Source of the DNA: an uncultured Chitinophagales bacterium
GTDB taxonomy: Bacteria > Bacteroidota > Rhodothermia > Balneolales > M1805
Length of the DNA: 64,000 nucleotides
Direction: 5' to 3'
Assembly (NCBI GenBank): GCA_964575925.1
Contig: CAZNTR010000003.1
Span: 1,687-65,686 of the forward strand
The notes under the pieces were generated by a model. The model was not told where the DNA came from, did not search any database, and worked only from the letters and a program-made list of their open reading frames with translations. The position numbers were made by a program, and so were the translations under genes. Below, in pieces: positions 40,642-51,351 of this stretch (within the stretch, counting starts at the first letter, position 1; each line of letters opens with the position of its first letter).

Positions 40642-41580
40642 TTATGTCTTAACAATAATTTGCTCATTATTTTGAATTGTATTCGTCGTTAATAATGGGA
40701 CAATTAGCGCCTTAATTTCAGATTCTAGAATACTAATAAGTCTGTGTTTTGCATAAGGTCGGTGATAAATTAAACTAACTTCTCTAACGGGATAGGGAGA
40801 AGTAAACTGAATAATTTTCTTTTTTCTTTCAACAGAAAGCGTGTTAACATATAATTCTGGAATTACAGTTAACCCTCCAAATGAATCTACCATATTAAGC
40901 AAGGTTTCGAACGAATTGCTTTCGAATTTAAAATTGGCGTTTAATTTTTTTCTATTTAAGGAACATAAATTAATAAACTGATCCCGCAGGCAATGCCCTT
41001 CTTCAAGTAACCAAATTTTTTCGTTAACTAAATGCTGAGGTAGAACATATTTTTTATTGTTTGCAGTTTCTCCATAAACTAAAAGCGATTCATAATAAAG
41101 AATTTGCTCCTCAAACTCTTCGGCATGTTTAACAGGCGTTGAAAGAATTCCAACATCTAAACTACCTTCTTTTAACTTTTTCAAAATATCATTTGTTGTA
41201 ATCTCTTTAACTTCAAGATACAGATTTGGATATTTTTCTAACATAGATTTTATAAAAAGTGGAAGTAAACTATTGGCAATTGTTGGAATAATTCCTATCG
41301 TAATTCGACCTTCAATTTTCCCTTTAATGCTTTTTGCAAGTTCTTTTATTTGATTTACAGATCGCAAAGTTTGTTTCGCAAGTTCAATAATTTCAATTCC
41401 ACAATCTGTAGTAATTATTGGATTTGTTTTTCTATCGAATAAAATCAAGTCTAATTCAATTTCCAATTTTTTAACCATAGTACTTAAGGTGGCCTGAGTT
41501 ATAAAACACATTTCGGCTGCTTTACTAAAACTTTTTCTTTCATCTAAAGCGATGATATATTCTAATTGTTGAATATTCAT
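40642..41580 (-). CDS. oxyR: LysR-family hydrogen-peroxide sensor and regulator OxyR
   Basis: N-terminal HTH (MNIQQLEYIIALDERKSFSKAAEMCFITQATLS). LLEEGHCLRDQFINLCS is the OxyR redox-cysteine signature. Divergent from the peroxiredoxin gene. Confidence 0.85.
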   Translation of the reverse strand: MNIQQLEYIIALDERKSFSKAAEMCFITQATLSTMVKKLEIELDLILFDRKTNPIITTDCGIEIIELAKQTLRSVNQIKELAKSIKGKIEGRITIGIIPTIANSLLPLFIKSMLEKYPNLYLEVKEITTNDILKKLKEGSLDVGILSTPVKHAEEFEEQILYYESLLVYGETANNKKYVLPQHLVNEKIWLLEEGHCLRDQFINLCSLNRKKLNANFKFESNSFETLLNMVDSFGGLTVIPELYVNTLSVERKKKIIQFTSPYPVREVSLIYHRPYAKHRLISILESEIKALIVPLLTTNTIQNNEQIIVKT

Positions 41581-41591
41581 TTTGTATTCAC

Positions 41592-41631
41592 TTTGTCAAT
41601 AGGTAGTATTAATATTATTATTTTTGTCAAT
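41592..41631. promoter_or_regulatory. Candidate OxyR operator and divergent promoter region
   Basis: The 9-mer TTTGTCAAT occurs twice (41592-41600 and 41623-41631), 31 bp apart, inside the 103-bp oxyR/prx intergenic region. A binding function is inferred only from this position. Confidence 0.3.
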
Positions 41632-41683
41632 GTATGGATTCCATTTAACTTAGATTAATTAATCATTCAAAACGATATGTAAC

Positions 41684-42397
41684 ATGGAAAATGTAGAAAC
41701 AAAAACAGTCTCAATCCCAAGAATTGGTGAAAATGCTCCAGCTTTTAAAGCAATAACAACTCAAGGAGAAATTAATTATCCTTCTGATTATGAAGGTAAA
41801 TGGTCCATCTTATTTAGTCATCCAGCTGATTTTACTCCAGTTTGTACCTCAGAGTTTATGACATTTGCTTCCCTTCAAGAAAAATTCAGAAAAGCGAACA
41901 CAGAACTCGTTGGTTTATCGGTAGATGGACTTTACAGCCATATAGCTTGGTTAAGAACCATTAAAGACAAAATCGAATTTAAAGGGATGAAAAATATGGA
42001 AGTAACTTTTCCACTTATTGAAGACATAACAATGGAAGTTGCAAAAAAATATGGCATGATTCAGCCAGGCGAAAGCAGCACAAAAGCAGTTAGAGCAGTG
42101 TTTTTTGTTGATCCAAATGGAATTATACGAGCAATGATTTATTACCCATTAAGCATAGGACGGAATTTTGATGAACTTTACAGGGCTTTAATTGCAATGC
42201 AAACAACCGACGCATTCAACGTTGCAACTCCAGCAGATTGGACTCCAGGAGACGATGTCATTGTTCCGACCGCAGATTCATGTGGCGTAGCGAAAGATAG
42301 AATGGATGACAAAGAAAACTTGGATTGCAAAGATTGGTTCTTCTGCACTAAAAAGTTGGATAAAGGATTGATTTTAAAAACTTTACTTAAAGATTGA
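41684..42397 (+). CDS. Peroxiredoxin (Prx6/1-Cys-like subfamily with a Cys-containing C-terminal extension)
   Basis: FSHPADFTPVCTSEF peroxidatic-Cys motif. 237 aa with extra C-terminal cysteines (DSCG...LDCKDWFFC). Confidence 0.9.
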   Translation: MENVETKTVSIPRIGENAPAFKAITTQGEINYPSDYEGKWSILFSHPADFTPVCTSEFMTFASLQEKFRKANTELVGLSVDGLYSHIAWLRTIKDKIEFKGMKNMEVTFPLIEDITMEVAKKYGMIQPGESSTKAVRAVFFVDPNGIIRAMIYYPLSIGRNFDELYRALIAMQTTDAFNVATPADWTPGDDVIVPTADSCGVAKDRMDDKENLDCKDWFFCTKKLDKGLILKTLLKD

Positions 42398-42461
42398 TTT
42401 TCAGATAGATTAGAGAATTTCTTCAAGAGAGAAAAACTAGAGATGCAAATCTCAGTTCATG

Positions 42462-42497
42462 CCCATTCAGTGTTAAAACTGAATGGGTTTTGTTTTT
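42462..42497 (+). terminator. Rho-independent terminator of the peroxiredoxin gene
   Basis: CCCATTCAGT gttaaa ACTGAATGGG followed by TTTTGTTTTT. Confidence 0.8.
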
Positions 42498-43015
42498 GGT
42501 GATAACTGAAAGAGAAAGATAAATAAGTAGGGCTGAATTATTTTTTAATTGAGTTTTTTCAAAAATCCAAACAATTTGATTTCAAAATTCCTCTTAAAGA
42601 TAGACCAGAATTAGAAACTCAAATTCGCAATTGGTAGTGTTATGTTCTAACTCATAAATTACGTCGAGTTAACACTTTGTGTTTCTTCGTATTGTGTAAG
42701 AATACGGGATGACCGTTTAATGCTTAGATTGTATCTTAAAGCAATTTTACCAACATTTTGCGGTAGTAGGTCATAGAATATATCCTCTTAACACTCTCAA
42801 CGTGCCGAGAAGCGAAAAATATTATCTCGGTCAAAATGGGAGTTCATTTAAAGAGAACGCATTATGCTTCACTGAATAAGAATCCTTAATCATCCTGAGG
42901 TCAACCCTAGCTCCGAAATTAGAATTAGAAACCAATTTTAAATACAATAAAAATCATTTGTTATCTTACACAGTCTGAAAATAGATTTAAACCATATTTA
43001 CAAGAATTATAGAAC

Positions 43016-43609
43016 ATGAGTGATTTTTTTGATGATGAAGTATTTAATGGAGTCGATTTTACAAAAAAAGGGTTTAGTGTGGGGATTTACGATAGCTGCA
43101 TATTTACAAAATGCAATTTAAGTGAATTGAGTTTAGAGTCATCTCAGTTTGAGAATTGTGAGTTTATTGAATGCAATTTAAGTATGATAAAAGTAAAAGA
43201 AACAGCATTCAGAGATATACTTTTTAAGGAGTGCAAAATGATCGGAATTCGCTTTGATGTTTGTCATGATTTTGGTTTAAAAATGAAATTCGATAATTGT
43301 AGTTTAAATCATAGTGTGTTTATTGGAAAAAAACTCAAAGAAACTTCATTTTCAGGGTGTTTTATAAATGATTGTGATTTCAGTAATACCGATTTGTCTA
43401 ACGCAAATTTCGCAAATTCCGATTTACGTAACTCAACTTTTGATAAAACGAATCTTACAAAGGCAGATTTTACAAAAGCTAAAAATTATCGCCTAGATCC
43501 AGAAAAAAATACGATTAAAAAGGCAAAATTCAGCTTACCAGATGTTGTAGGCTTACTTTCAAACTATGATATTGAAATCGAAACAGGAAACGAATCAATT
43601 CCATTATAA
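43016..43609 (+). CDS. Pentapeptide-repeat protein
   Basis: 197 aa made almost entirely of A(D/N)LXX-type pentapeptides (e.g. CDFSNTDLSNANFANSDLRNSTFDKTNLTKADFTKA). Confidence 0.85.
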   Translation: MSDFFDDEVFNGVDFTKKGFSVGIYDSCIFTKCNLSELSLESSQFENCEFIECNLSMIKVKETAFRDILFKECKMIGIRFDVCHDFGLKMKFDNCSLNHSVFIGKKLKETSFSGCFINDCDFSNTDLSNANFANSDLRNSTFDKTNLTKADFTKAKNYRLDPEKNTIKKAKFSLPDVVGLLSNYDIEIETGNESIPL

Positions 43610-43642
43610 GTTTGGCGCAAAATATTTTTTAATTCGCATAAT

Positions 43643-43740
43643 GAGTCCACTTCAAAAAATCGATTCTTTCGGTTTCCTCCCTTCCAAATCCTGCGTATTC
43701 AACGAGTGTATTGCTTAAAACTACTTTTCGGAGTACGCTC
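43643..43740 (+). repeat. Dispersed 98-bp TIR repeat, copy 3 (subfamily A)
   Basis: GAGTCCACTTCAAAAAATCGATTCTTTCGG...ACTACTTTTCGGAGTACGCTC. Lies 33 bp after the stop codon of the pentapeptide gene. Confidence 0.9.
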
Positions 43741-43872
43741 CTAAAAATGCAGATAAACAGAAACTCTACAAAATAAATTGAATCTGAATAAATTTGTTAT
43801 CGTAGTACGCACGCATCGGTTTAGAAAAAACTGTATCTAAGATGAACTAGAGAATTAATTAAGAGGAAAAAA

Positions 43873-44991
43873 ATGAATAAAAAAGTCACATCAATTACAT
43901 TTTTGATGTTTTTAATACTGTTACCAATACTTTCCAATGCACAACTCACAACAGCCCCAGACGGAGGAAATAAAAAAGCTTCTGTTTCTGAGCAAATTGG
44001 CATTTCTAAAATAAGTATAGAGTATAGCCGACCAGGAGTTAAAGGTCGTGAAGGTAAAATTTGGGGAACACAGGTCGCTCATTACGGACTGGTAAATTTG
44101 GGATTTGGATCCGCAGAAGCATCACCCTGGAGAGCAGGAGCAAACGAAAATACCGTTATAACATTTGGGTCTAATGTATTGGTTGAAGGAAAAACCTTAG
44201 CATCAGGCAGTTATGGACTTCACATGATTTTAGGCGAAACGGAAACTACGGTTGTATTTTCAAAAAACTATACAGCTTGGGGATCTTTTTTTTACTTGCC
44301 AAGTGATGATGCGTTAAGAGTTACTGTTAAAAATGAAACATTAACAGAATCAGTTGAATGGTTAACCTATTCGTTTATTAGACAAACTGCAAATTCGGCA
44401 GTTATAGCTTTAGATTGGGAGAAAAGAAGGATTCCATTTAAAGTTGAAGTTGATGTAAATGCAGTTCAAATCGCATCATTTAAAAAAGAATTACAAGGGC
44501 CTTTAGGATTTGATTACAGAGGATTTGTTCAAGCAGCTCAATATTGTCTTCAAAATAATTACGAATTAGAACAAGCTTTAGAATGGGCTGATATAGCCGT
44601 TTCTGCTGTTTATATTGGAGATAAAAATTTTACCACTCTTAGCACAAAAGCTCAGGTTTTAGCAAAATTAGGTCGAATGGATGAAAGCACAATGGTGATG
44701 AAAGAAGCTCTTCCTTTGGGAACAATAACCGAAATTCACCAATATGGTCGTCAATTATTAATGCAGAAAAAAGTAAAACAAGCATTTGACGTTTTCGAGA
44801 TGAATTATAAAAACAATCCCAAAGCGTTTATGACAAATTTCGGTTTGGCAAGGGCTTATTCAGCAAAAGGCGATTTCAAAAAAGCTGAGAAATACATGAA
44901 AAACGCGGTTAAATTGGCACCTGACAAACTTTCAAAAGCTCAATCAGAAGCAATGCTGCAACTTTTGAAAGACAGCAAAGACATTAATTAA
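43873..44991 (+). CDS. DUF2911-domain protein with a C-terminal TPR-like region, secreted
   Basis: Signal peptide. ASVSEQIGISKISIEYSRPGVKGR...WRAGANENTVITF...LASGSYGLHM matches the DUF2911 pattern, from recollection. The C-terminus is helical-repeat. Confidence 0.65.
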   Translation: MNKKVTSITFLMFLILLPILSNAQLTTAPDGGNKKASVSEQIGISKISIEYSRPGVKGREGKIWGTQVAHYGLVNLGFGSAEASPWRAGANENTVITFGSNVLVEGKTLASGSYGLHMILGETETTVVFSKNYTAWGSFFYLPSDDALRVTVKNETLTESVEWLTYSFIRQTANSAVIALDWEKRRIPFKVEVDVNAVQIASFKKELQGPLGFDYRGFVQAAQYCLQNNYELEQALEWADIAVSAVYIGDKNFTTLSTKAQVLAKLGRMDESTMVMKEALPLGTITEIHQYGRQLLMQKKVKQAFDVFEMNYKNNPKAFMTNFGLARAYSAKGDFKKAEKYMKNAVKLAPDKLSKAQSEAMLQLLKDSKDIN

Positions 44992-45035
44992 GATTCTTTT
45001 CAAGAACGATGTTTTTTTGAACTCAGAAATTGGAA

Positions 45036-45072
45036 AAGGAATAGCAAATGAGATTGTTATTCCTTCTTTTAT
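45036..45072 (+). terminator. Candidate rho-independent terminator
   Basis: AAGGAATA, a 14-nt loop, TATTCCTT, then CTTTTAT. Lies 45 nt after the stop codon. Confidence 0.5.
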
Positions 45073-45297
45073 AATCTGTAATGATTGAAAGTCACCTAAA
45101 AAAAGTTTAGTAGTGATTTAAGATTGCCGTAAGAATTGCTCTTGAAAAAAAAATTTGAGTCCTATCAAGAAATTTTAATTGATTGAATTTCGCCCATTCA
45201 ATAAGACTATTTTCACCGAAGGTCTAATTGAAATTACTCTTAGCGTTTGGTGCAATCTAAAAAAATTGTGCTAAGTCTTTCTCATCTTTTAAAAAAT

Positions 45298-45394
45298 GAG
45301 CTCACTCCAGAAAGTCGATATTTTTGGCTTCACCCTTCGTAATCGTGTTAACTCCCCGATTAAATTACTGAAAACTACTTTTGAGAGTAAACTC
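45298..45394 (+). repeat. Dispersed TIR repeat, copy 4 (subfamily B core)
   Basis: GAGCTCACTCCAGAAAGTCGAT...TTCACCCTTCGTAATCGTGTTAACTCCCCGATTAAATTACTGAAAACTACTTTTGAGAGTAAACTC. Confidence 0.85.
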
Positions 45395-45416
45395 CTACTA
45401 GAAAATTGAAAAAAAT

Positions 45417-45514
45417 GAGTCCACTCCAAAAAGTCGATGCTTTTGGTTTACACCCTTCCAAATCCTACGAATTCGACGAATAGTTTGCTAGAAACTACTT
45501 TTCGGATTACGCTC
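45417..45514 (+). repeat. Dispersed 98-bp TIR repeat, copy 5 (subfamily A)
   Basis: GAGTCCACTCCAAAAAGTCGATGCTTTTGG...ACTACTTTTCGGATTACGCTC. Flanks are AAAAAAT and AAGAAAT (6 of 7 identical). Confidence 0.9.
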
Positions 45515-45597
45515 AAGAAATCAAATTCGCTAAACTAATCGCATCAAAAAAATGCGGAATCGAACTGTAGATTAACTAGGGATTTAGGTTTAAACAA

Positions 45598-45693
45598 GAG
45601 CTCTGTACAAAAAATCATTAATCAGGTTTCACCCATCGTAATTGTGTTAACTCCCCGATTAAATTACCGAAAACTACTTTTGAGATTGTGCAC
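45598..45693 (+). repeat. Dispersed TIR repeat, copy 6 (subfamily B core, 5' end diverged)
   Basis: The 3' ~65 bp is near-identical to copy 4: TTCACCCATCGTAATTGTGTTAACTCCCCGATTAAATTACCGAAAACTACTTTTGAGA. Confidence 0.8.
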
Positions 45694-45818
45694 AAACAAG
45701 ATTCATAAAAAAAGAGAAATCAGTTTTCGTATTTTCCTAAATGTAAGCTCCGAAGTGAAAAAACAACATCACTTAGGTTCAAATTTAGAGTATAAATTTT
45801 TCAATTCGCATCCTCAGA

Positions 45819-48488
45819 ATGTCAACAAACGAAAAAAAACTTACGCCTTTAATGAGGCAATACGCTGATACAAAGCAAAAATACCCTGGTTCTATTTTGT
45901 TTTTTAGAGTGGGCGATTTCTATGAAACATTCAATGAAGATGCGATTCTTGTTTCCAAAGAACTTGGAATTACCTTAACAAAACGAAATAACGGAGGAGA
46001 CCAAACTCCATTAGCAGGAATTCCTTTTCATGCTTTAGATTCGTATTTACCGAAATTAGTTAGGCGTGGACATAAAGTTGCCATTTGTGAACAAACTCAA
46101 GATCCTGAAGAAGCCAAAGCGCTAAAAAAAATTGTAGATCGAGAAGTTACCGAAGTGGTAACTCCAGGAACAGTTTTTTCAGAAAAGCTATTAGATCACA
46201 ATAGAAACAATTATTTATGTGCATTTCATATTCAAGGTTCTATTTTAGGAATTGCTTTTTCTGATATTTCAACGGGAGAATTTGCTTTATCACAAACGGA
46301 TGTTAATGATTTGCGTGATATTCTAGAAATGCTTCAACCTTCAGAAGTTTTAGGCTCTAAAAAGTTTATCAAACAGCAACAAGAGAATTATAAAGACTAT
46401 AATTATTCGATTATAGAAGATTGGGTTTTCGAAGGTAATTACGGTTATTCAGCATTATTGGAACAATTCAATACCCATTCATTAAAAGGATATGGAGTTG
46501 AAGAACTCGAAGTGGCTCATAGTGCGGCTGGTGCCTTATTACATTATGTTCAAGAAAATCAAAAAAGTTCTTTACCACATATTCGGCGTTTGTATGCGTA
46601 TGAAAATCAAGATTTTATACAATTAGATATTGCAACAAAACGAAATCTGGAATTAGTTTCTTCCATTCAATCGGACTCAAGAGATGGCACGTTAATTCAA
46701 ATATTAGACGATACAAGCACTGCAATGGGTGGTCGATTATTACGCTCGTGGTTAATGAGACCATTAAAGAGATTATTACCCATAAAAGAACGCTTAAACG
46801 CAGTTGAAGCTTGGCTTGTTCGGCACGATATCCGTATAGAAATTAGAGAAATTTTAGGAGAAATCGGCGATCTAGAACGCCTCATTTCTAGAATTTCTGT
46901 TGGTCGTGCAACACCAAGAGATATCGTTCAACTTAAACGTTCTTTAGCAAGAATTCCACGTTTAAAACTTTTTTTAAATGATTCTGAAGAAGAATTAATT
47001 CGGAAACAAAACAAAAAATTAGAATCACTAGATGAATTAGTCATCGAAATAGAGCGTGCCTTAGACGATGAGGTACCGACAAGCATGCGGGAGGGAAATT
47101 ATATTCGTGACGGTTATAATTCCCAACTAGATGAGTTTCGTGAAATTGCCAGAAATGGAAAAGGATATCTTGCAAAAGTTCAAAAAAAACTTATTGAGGA
47201 TAGTGGAATAAATTCGCTTAAGTTGGGATTTAATAAGGTTTTTGGATACTACATTGAGGTAACAAATATGCATAAAGAAAAAGTCCCAGATTATTTTATC
47301 CGAAAGCAGACCTTAAGTAACGCAGAACGATTTATTACGCCAGAGCTAAAAGAAATAGAAGAAAAAATTCTATCAGCAGAAGAAAAAATGGTGAAATTAG
47401 AGGCTGAATTATATCGACAAGTTTGTGAATTTATAGCTGGTTTCACCGACAAAATTCAGGAAAATGCCAGAGCAATTGCAACGATTGATGTTATTCAATC
47501 ATTTGCAGAAATTGCATTTCGCCACAATTACAGTAAGCCAATAGTGAATGAGACTGATGTGCTATTTATTGAAAAAGGGAGACACCCCGTAGTAGAGCGA
47601 GCAATGCCATTAGGAGAGCCGTTTATTCCAAATGATATTATGTTGAGCAATAAAAACGAACAAATTATGATAATTACGGGGCCGAATATGGCCGGTAAAA
47701 GTATCATACTTAGACAAACCGGTTTAATTGTATTAATGGCTCAAATTGGAAGTTTTGTACCAGCAAATAAAGCAGAAATCGGTTTGGTTGACAAGATTTT
47801 CACACGAGTTGGGGCTTCTGATAATTTAGCAGCTGGCGAAAGTACCTTTCTTGTTGAAATGAATGAAGCGGCAAACATCTTAAATAATGCCACACCGCGA
47901 TCGCTCATATTATTGGATGAAGTAGGAAGAGGAACCTCAACATTTGATGGATTATCGATAGCATGGGCAATAGCAGAATATTTACATAATCAACCAGCAG
48001 TTGCAGCCAAAACTTTATTTGCAACACATTACCATGAACTAAACGAATTAGAGACTTTATATGATAGAGTTATAAATTATAATGTAAAAGTAGAAGAACA
48101 TGAAGGAAAAGTAATATTTTTGCGAAAACTTGTAAAAGGAGGTACAGATCACAGTTTTGGTATTCAAGTAGCAGGAATGGCAGGTTTACCTTCAATAGTA
48201 ATTGAACGCGCACGTGAAATCTTGCGAAATCTAGAAAGTCATAGTTTAGACATCACCAACTCAAACGGAACACTTGAAAAAGGTGCTAAAACAAAACAAG
48301 CGACAAAAGAAGCATTAAAACAAATAGAAAAACAAGGAATAATACCTCAACTTTCATTATTTCAAACTACATTAGACCCGAATATTGAGCGAATTGTTCA
48401 AAAATTGCAAGACGTTGATTTAAATCGTATCACTCCAATCGAGTCAATGTTACTAATGGCAGAATTAAAACGCTTAGCAGACAAATAA
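45819..48488 (+). CDS. mutS: DNA mismatch repair protein MutS
   Basis: 889 aa with N-terminal TPLMRQY...FFRVGDFYE, the Walker A motif TGPNMAGKS, and DEVGRGTSTFDG. Confidence 0.97.
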   Translation: MSTNEKKLTPLMRQYADTKQKYPGSILFFRVGDFYETFNEDAILVSKELGITLTKRNNGGDQTPLAGIPFHALDSYLPKLVRRGHKVAICEQTQDPEEAKALKKIVDREVTEVVTPGTVFSEKLLDHNRNNYLCAFHIQGSILGIAFSDISTGEFALSQTDVNDLRDILEMLQPSEVLGSKKFIKQQQENYKDYNYSIIEDWVFEGNYGYSALLEQFNTHSLKGYGVEELEVAHSAAGALLHYVQENQKSSLPHIRRLYAYENQDFIQLDIATKRNLELVSSIQSDSRDGTLIQILDDTSTAMGGRLLRSWLMRPLKRLLPIKERLNAVEAWLVRHDIRIEIREILGEIGDLERLISRISVGRATPRDIVQLKRSLARIPRLKLFLNDSEEELIRKQNKKLESLDELVIEIERALDDEVPTSMREGNYIRDGYNSQLDEFREIARNGKGYLAKVQKKLIEDSGINSLKLGFNKVFGYYIEVTNMHKEKVPDYFIRKQTLSNAERFITPELKEIEEKILSAEEKMVKLEAELYRQVCEFIAGFTDKIQENARAIATIDVIQSFAEIAFRHNYSKPIVNETDVLFIEKGRHPVVERAMPLGEPFIPNDIMLSNKNEQIMIITGPNMAGKSIILRQTGLIVLMAQIGSFVPANKAEIGLVDKIFTRVGASDNLAAGESTFLVEMNEAANILNNATPRSLILLDEVGRGTSTFDGLSIAWAIAEYLHNQPAVAAKTLFATHYHELNELETLYDRVINYNVKVEEHEGKVIFLRKLVKGGTDHSFGIQVAGMAGLPSIVIERAREILRNLESHSLDITNSNGTLEKGAKTKQATKEALKQIEKQGIIPQLSLFQTTLDPNIERIVQKLQDVDLNRITPIESMLLMAELKRLADK

Positions 48489-48593
48489 GAAAGAATAATC
48501 CTAGAATAACAAGTAAAAATCGGTAATTCCATTTTGATTTTTCAGAATTGCTTGTTATCGTTTATGACACGAAACTTTAAATAATTTGTTTTC

Positions 48594-49265
48594 ATGAAGC
48601 AGCAAATAACACGTTTTCAAAAATCATTATCCAGACAGTTTGCCAATTTGTTTTTAGGTATCGGGTTAATTGGTCTAGCCTTAAGTGTTGGAATGGATTT
48701 CGGCTTTAATTTAGGGGCAACTGCAAATTGGATAATGCTCGGTGGTTTTGCAATCGCCACAATATTTTTATTTATCGCAGGGGGTGAACCCGTAGCTGTT
48801 GGCAATGAAGTAACAGAAACACAAGATGCAAATGCAAAAATTGTGTTATCAGATGATGTTAACAACGCAATCAAACTAAAAATTGAGCAAGCGGTTAACG
48901 AAATGGTTGCGAATCATAAAGACATGTTAATGGGTTTAAATCGCTCAGCAGAAGAAATGGCTCAAAAAATGACCTCGGTTCAGAATACACTAGAAAGAGC
49001 TAATGTATCAGCGATTGCTGACCAATTGTCGAATCTTTCAACTGCTATCGATATTAAGGCTACTAATGCCGCATTAGGTTCTCTTAAAGGAAATATGACC
49101 AATGTGCTTGCTGGTTTAGATGATTTAGCAAAGGTGACAACAGCAGGTTCCAAAAAACTTGGAAGTGTAATGCATGAATTTGATGAAGTTCAAGAAAAAT
49201 CGAAAAGGATATCTGGAGAACTTGATCGAACTTTGCGCTCTATTGCTGCATTCAATAAGTTGTAA
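48594..49265 (+). CDS. Two-TM membrane protein with a cytoplasmic coiled-coil tail; possibly GldL/PorL-like
   Basis: TM1 is FANLFLGIGLIGLALSV and TM2 is WIMLGGFAIATIFLFIAGGEPV, followed by about 140 aa of Ala/Asn/Ser/Met-rich helical sequence. See findings for the comparison with GldL/PorL. Confidence 0.35.
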   Translation: MKQQITRFQKSLSRQFANLFLGIGLIGLALSVGMDFGFNLGATANWIMLGGFAIATIFLFIAGGEPVAVGNEVTETQDANAKIVLSDDVNNAIKLKIEQAVNEMVANHKDMLMGLNRSAEEMAQKMTSVQNTLERANVSAIADQLSNLSTAIDIKATNAALGSLKGNMTNVLAGLDDLAKVTTAGSKKLGSVMHEFDEVQEKSKRISGELDRTLRSIAAFNKL

Positions 49266-49285
49266 GAGTTTAAAAAAATTGAAGA

Positions 49286-49309
49286 AACCGCTATATGCGG
49301 TTTTTTTTT
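49286..49309 (+). terminator. Rho-independent terminator
   Basis: AACCGC tatat GCGGTT followed by a T-run (TTTTTTT). Confidence 0.75.
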
Positions 49310-49402
49310 GACTTGAACATAACAAATTTGTAATAAAAAGTGAACACCGAGTAATTTCATTCGCATTAGGGTATTTAAACTCGTATTTTTATCCGATTTT
49401 AA

Positions 49403-50494
<1,092 letters not shown>

Positions 50495-50499
50495 TACCA

Positions 50500-51348
50500 A
50501 TGAGGCTGCCTCTATTTAATATAGAAGATGCCCGTGATTATATAATCACGGGCTTTATTCTTTTAACAGCCCTGTTTCTCATGCTATCACGTAATGCAGA
50601 CGGAATAATTACATTGAGACGGTTAAGTATTGCAGCCTATTCTTTTCTTGAAGAGCCTCTAGCAAATGTGCGTGTGTACAGACAAGCCTTAACCACTAAT
50701 GAACAATTACAACGTAAAAATATTCAGTTACAAGATGAACTGAATCGCTTACGATCCGTTCAAGCAGAAAATGAAGCTTACAAGGGAATGTTAGCATTGG
50801 CTGATACTACAAAATTATCTTTATTACCAGTTCGAATTATTGGGAAAAATCTTACTGGAATTAATAATAGTTTAACCATTAATGCAGGTGTTGAAAGAGG
50901 TATTGAGCCAGGAATGGCTGTTGTTAATTCTGAAGGACTAGTAGGAAGAGTTGTTCTAAGCTCTTCTCATTATTCTGAAGTTATGCCAATAATAAACTCT
51001 TTATTCAAAGTAAGTGCAAGAATTCAGGGTACGCGTGCTTATGGTTTAATAAGTTGGGATGGAGAAAAACTAAATGAACTAAAAATGTCTTATGTGCCAA
51101 AAACCATACATATTGATTCAGGACAAGTAGTTGAAACCTCTGGATATAGTTTAGAATTACCTCCTTATGTTCCTGTCGGAACCGTTTTAAGAACACAACT
51201 TCAAGAAGGAAAAGAAACACAGATTGTGTATGTAAAACCTACAGTGGAATTATTTAGAATTGCGGAAGCATTTGTGATTCTGGCAAAAAAAGATTCATCT
51301 TTAAAGGCGCTATCTAAAGCCTCAATTCTCGATGAAAGGAAGAAGTAA
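50500..51348 (+). CDS. mreC: Rod-shape-determining protein MreC
   Basis: N-terminal TM segment, a coiled coil (LQDELNRLRSVQAENEAYK), then a beta-barrel domain (GLVGRVV). Position between mreB and mreD supports the call. Confidence 0.9.
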   Translation: MRLPLFNIEDARDYIITGFILLTALFLMLSRNADGIITLRRLSIAAYSFLEEPLANVRVYRQALTTNEQLQRKNIQLQDELNRLRSVQAENEAYKGMLALADTTKLSLLPVRIIGKNLTGINNSLTINAGVERGIEPGMAVVNSEGLVGRVVLSSSHYSEVMPIINSLFKVSARIQGTRAYGLISWDGEKLNELKMSYVPKTIHIDSGQVVETSGYSLELPPYVPVGTVLRTQLQEGKETQIVYVKPTVELFRIAEAFVILAKKDSSLKALSKASILDERKK

Positions 51349-51351
51349 TAG

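Noticed and set aside
45298-45693. Three regularly oriented repeats with short spacers, which might be mistaken for a CRISPR array
   Set aside because: The repeat units are ~98 bp, far longer than CRISPR repeats. They are only partly similar to each other, the spacers are unequal (22 and 83 bp), the same unit occurs singly across the window in both orientations, and no cas genes are present.
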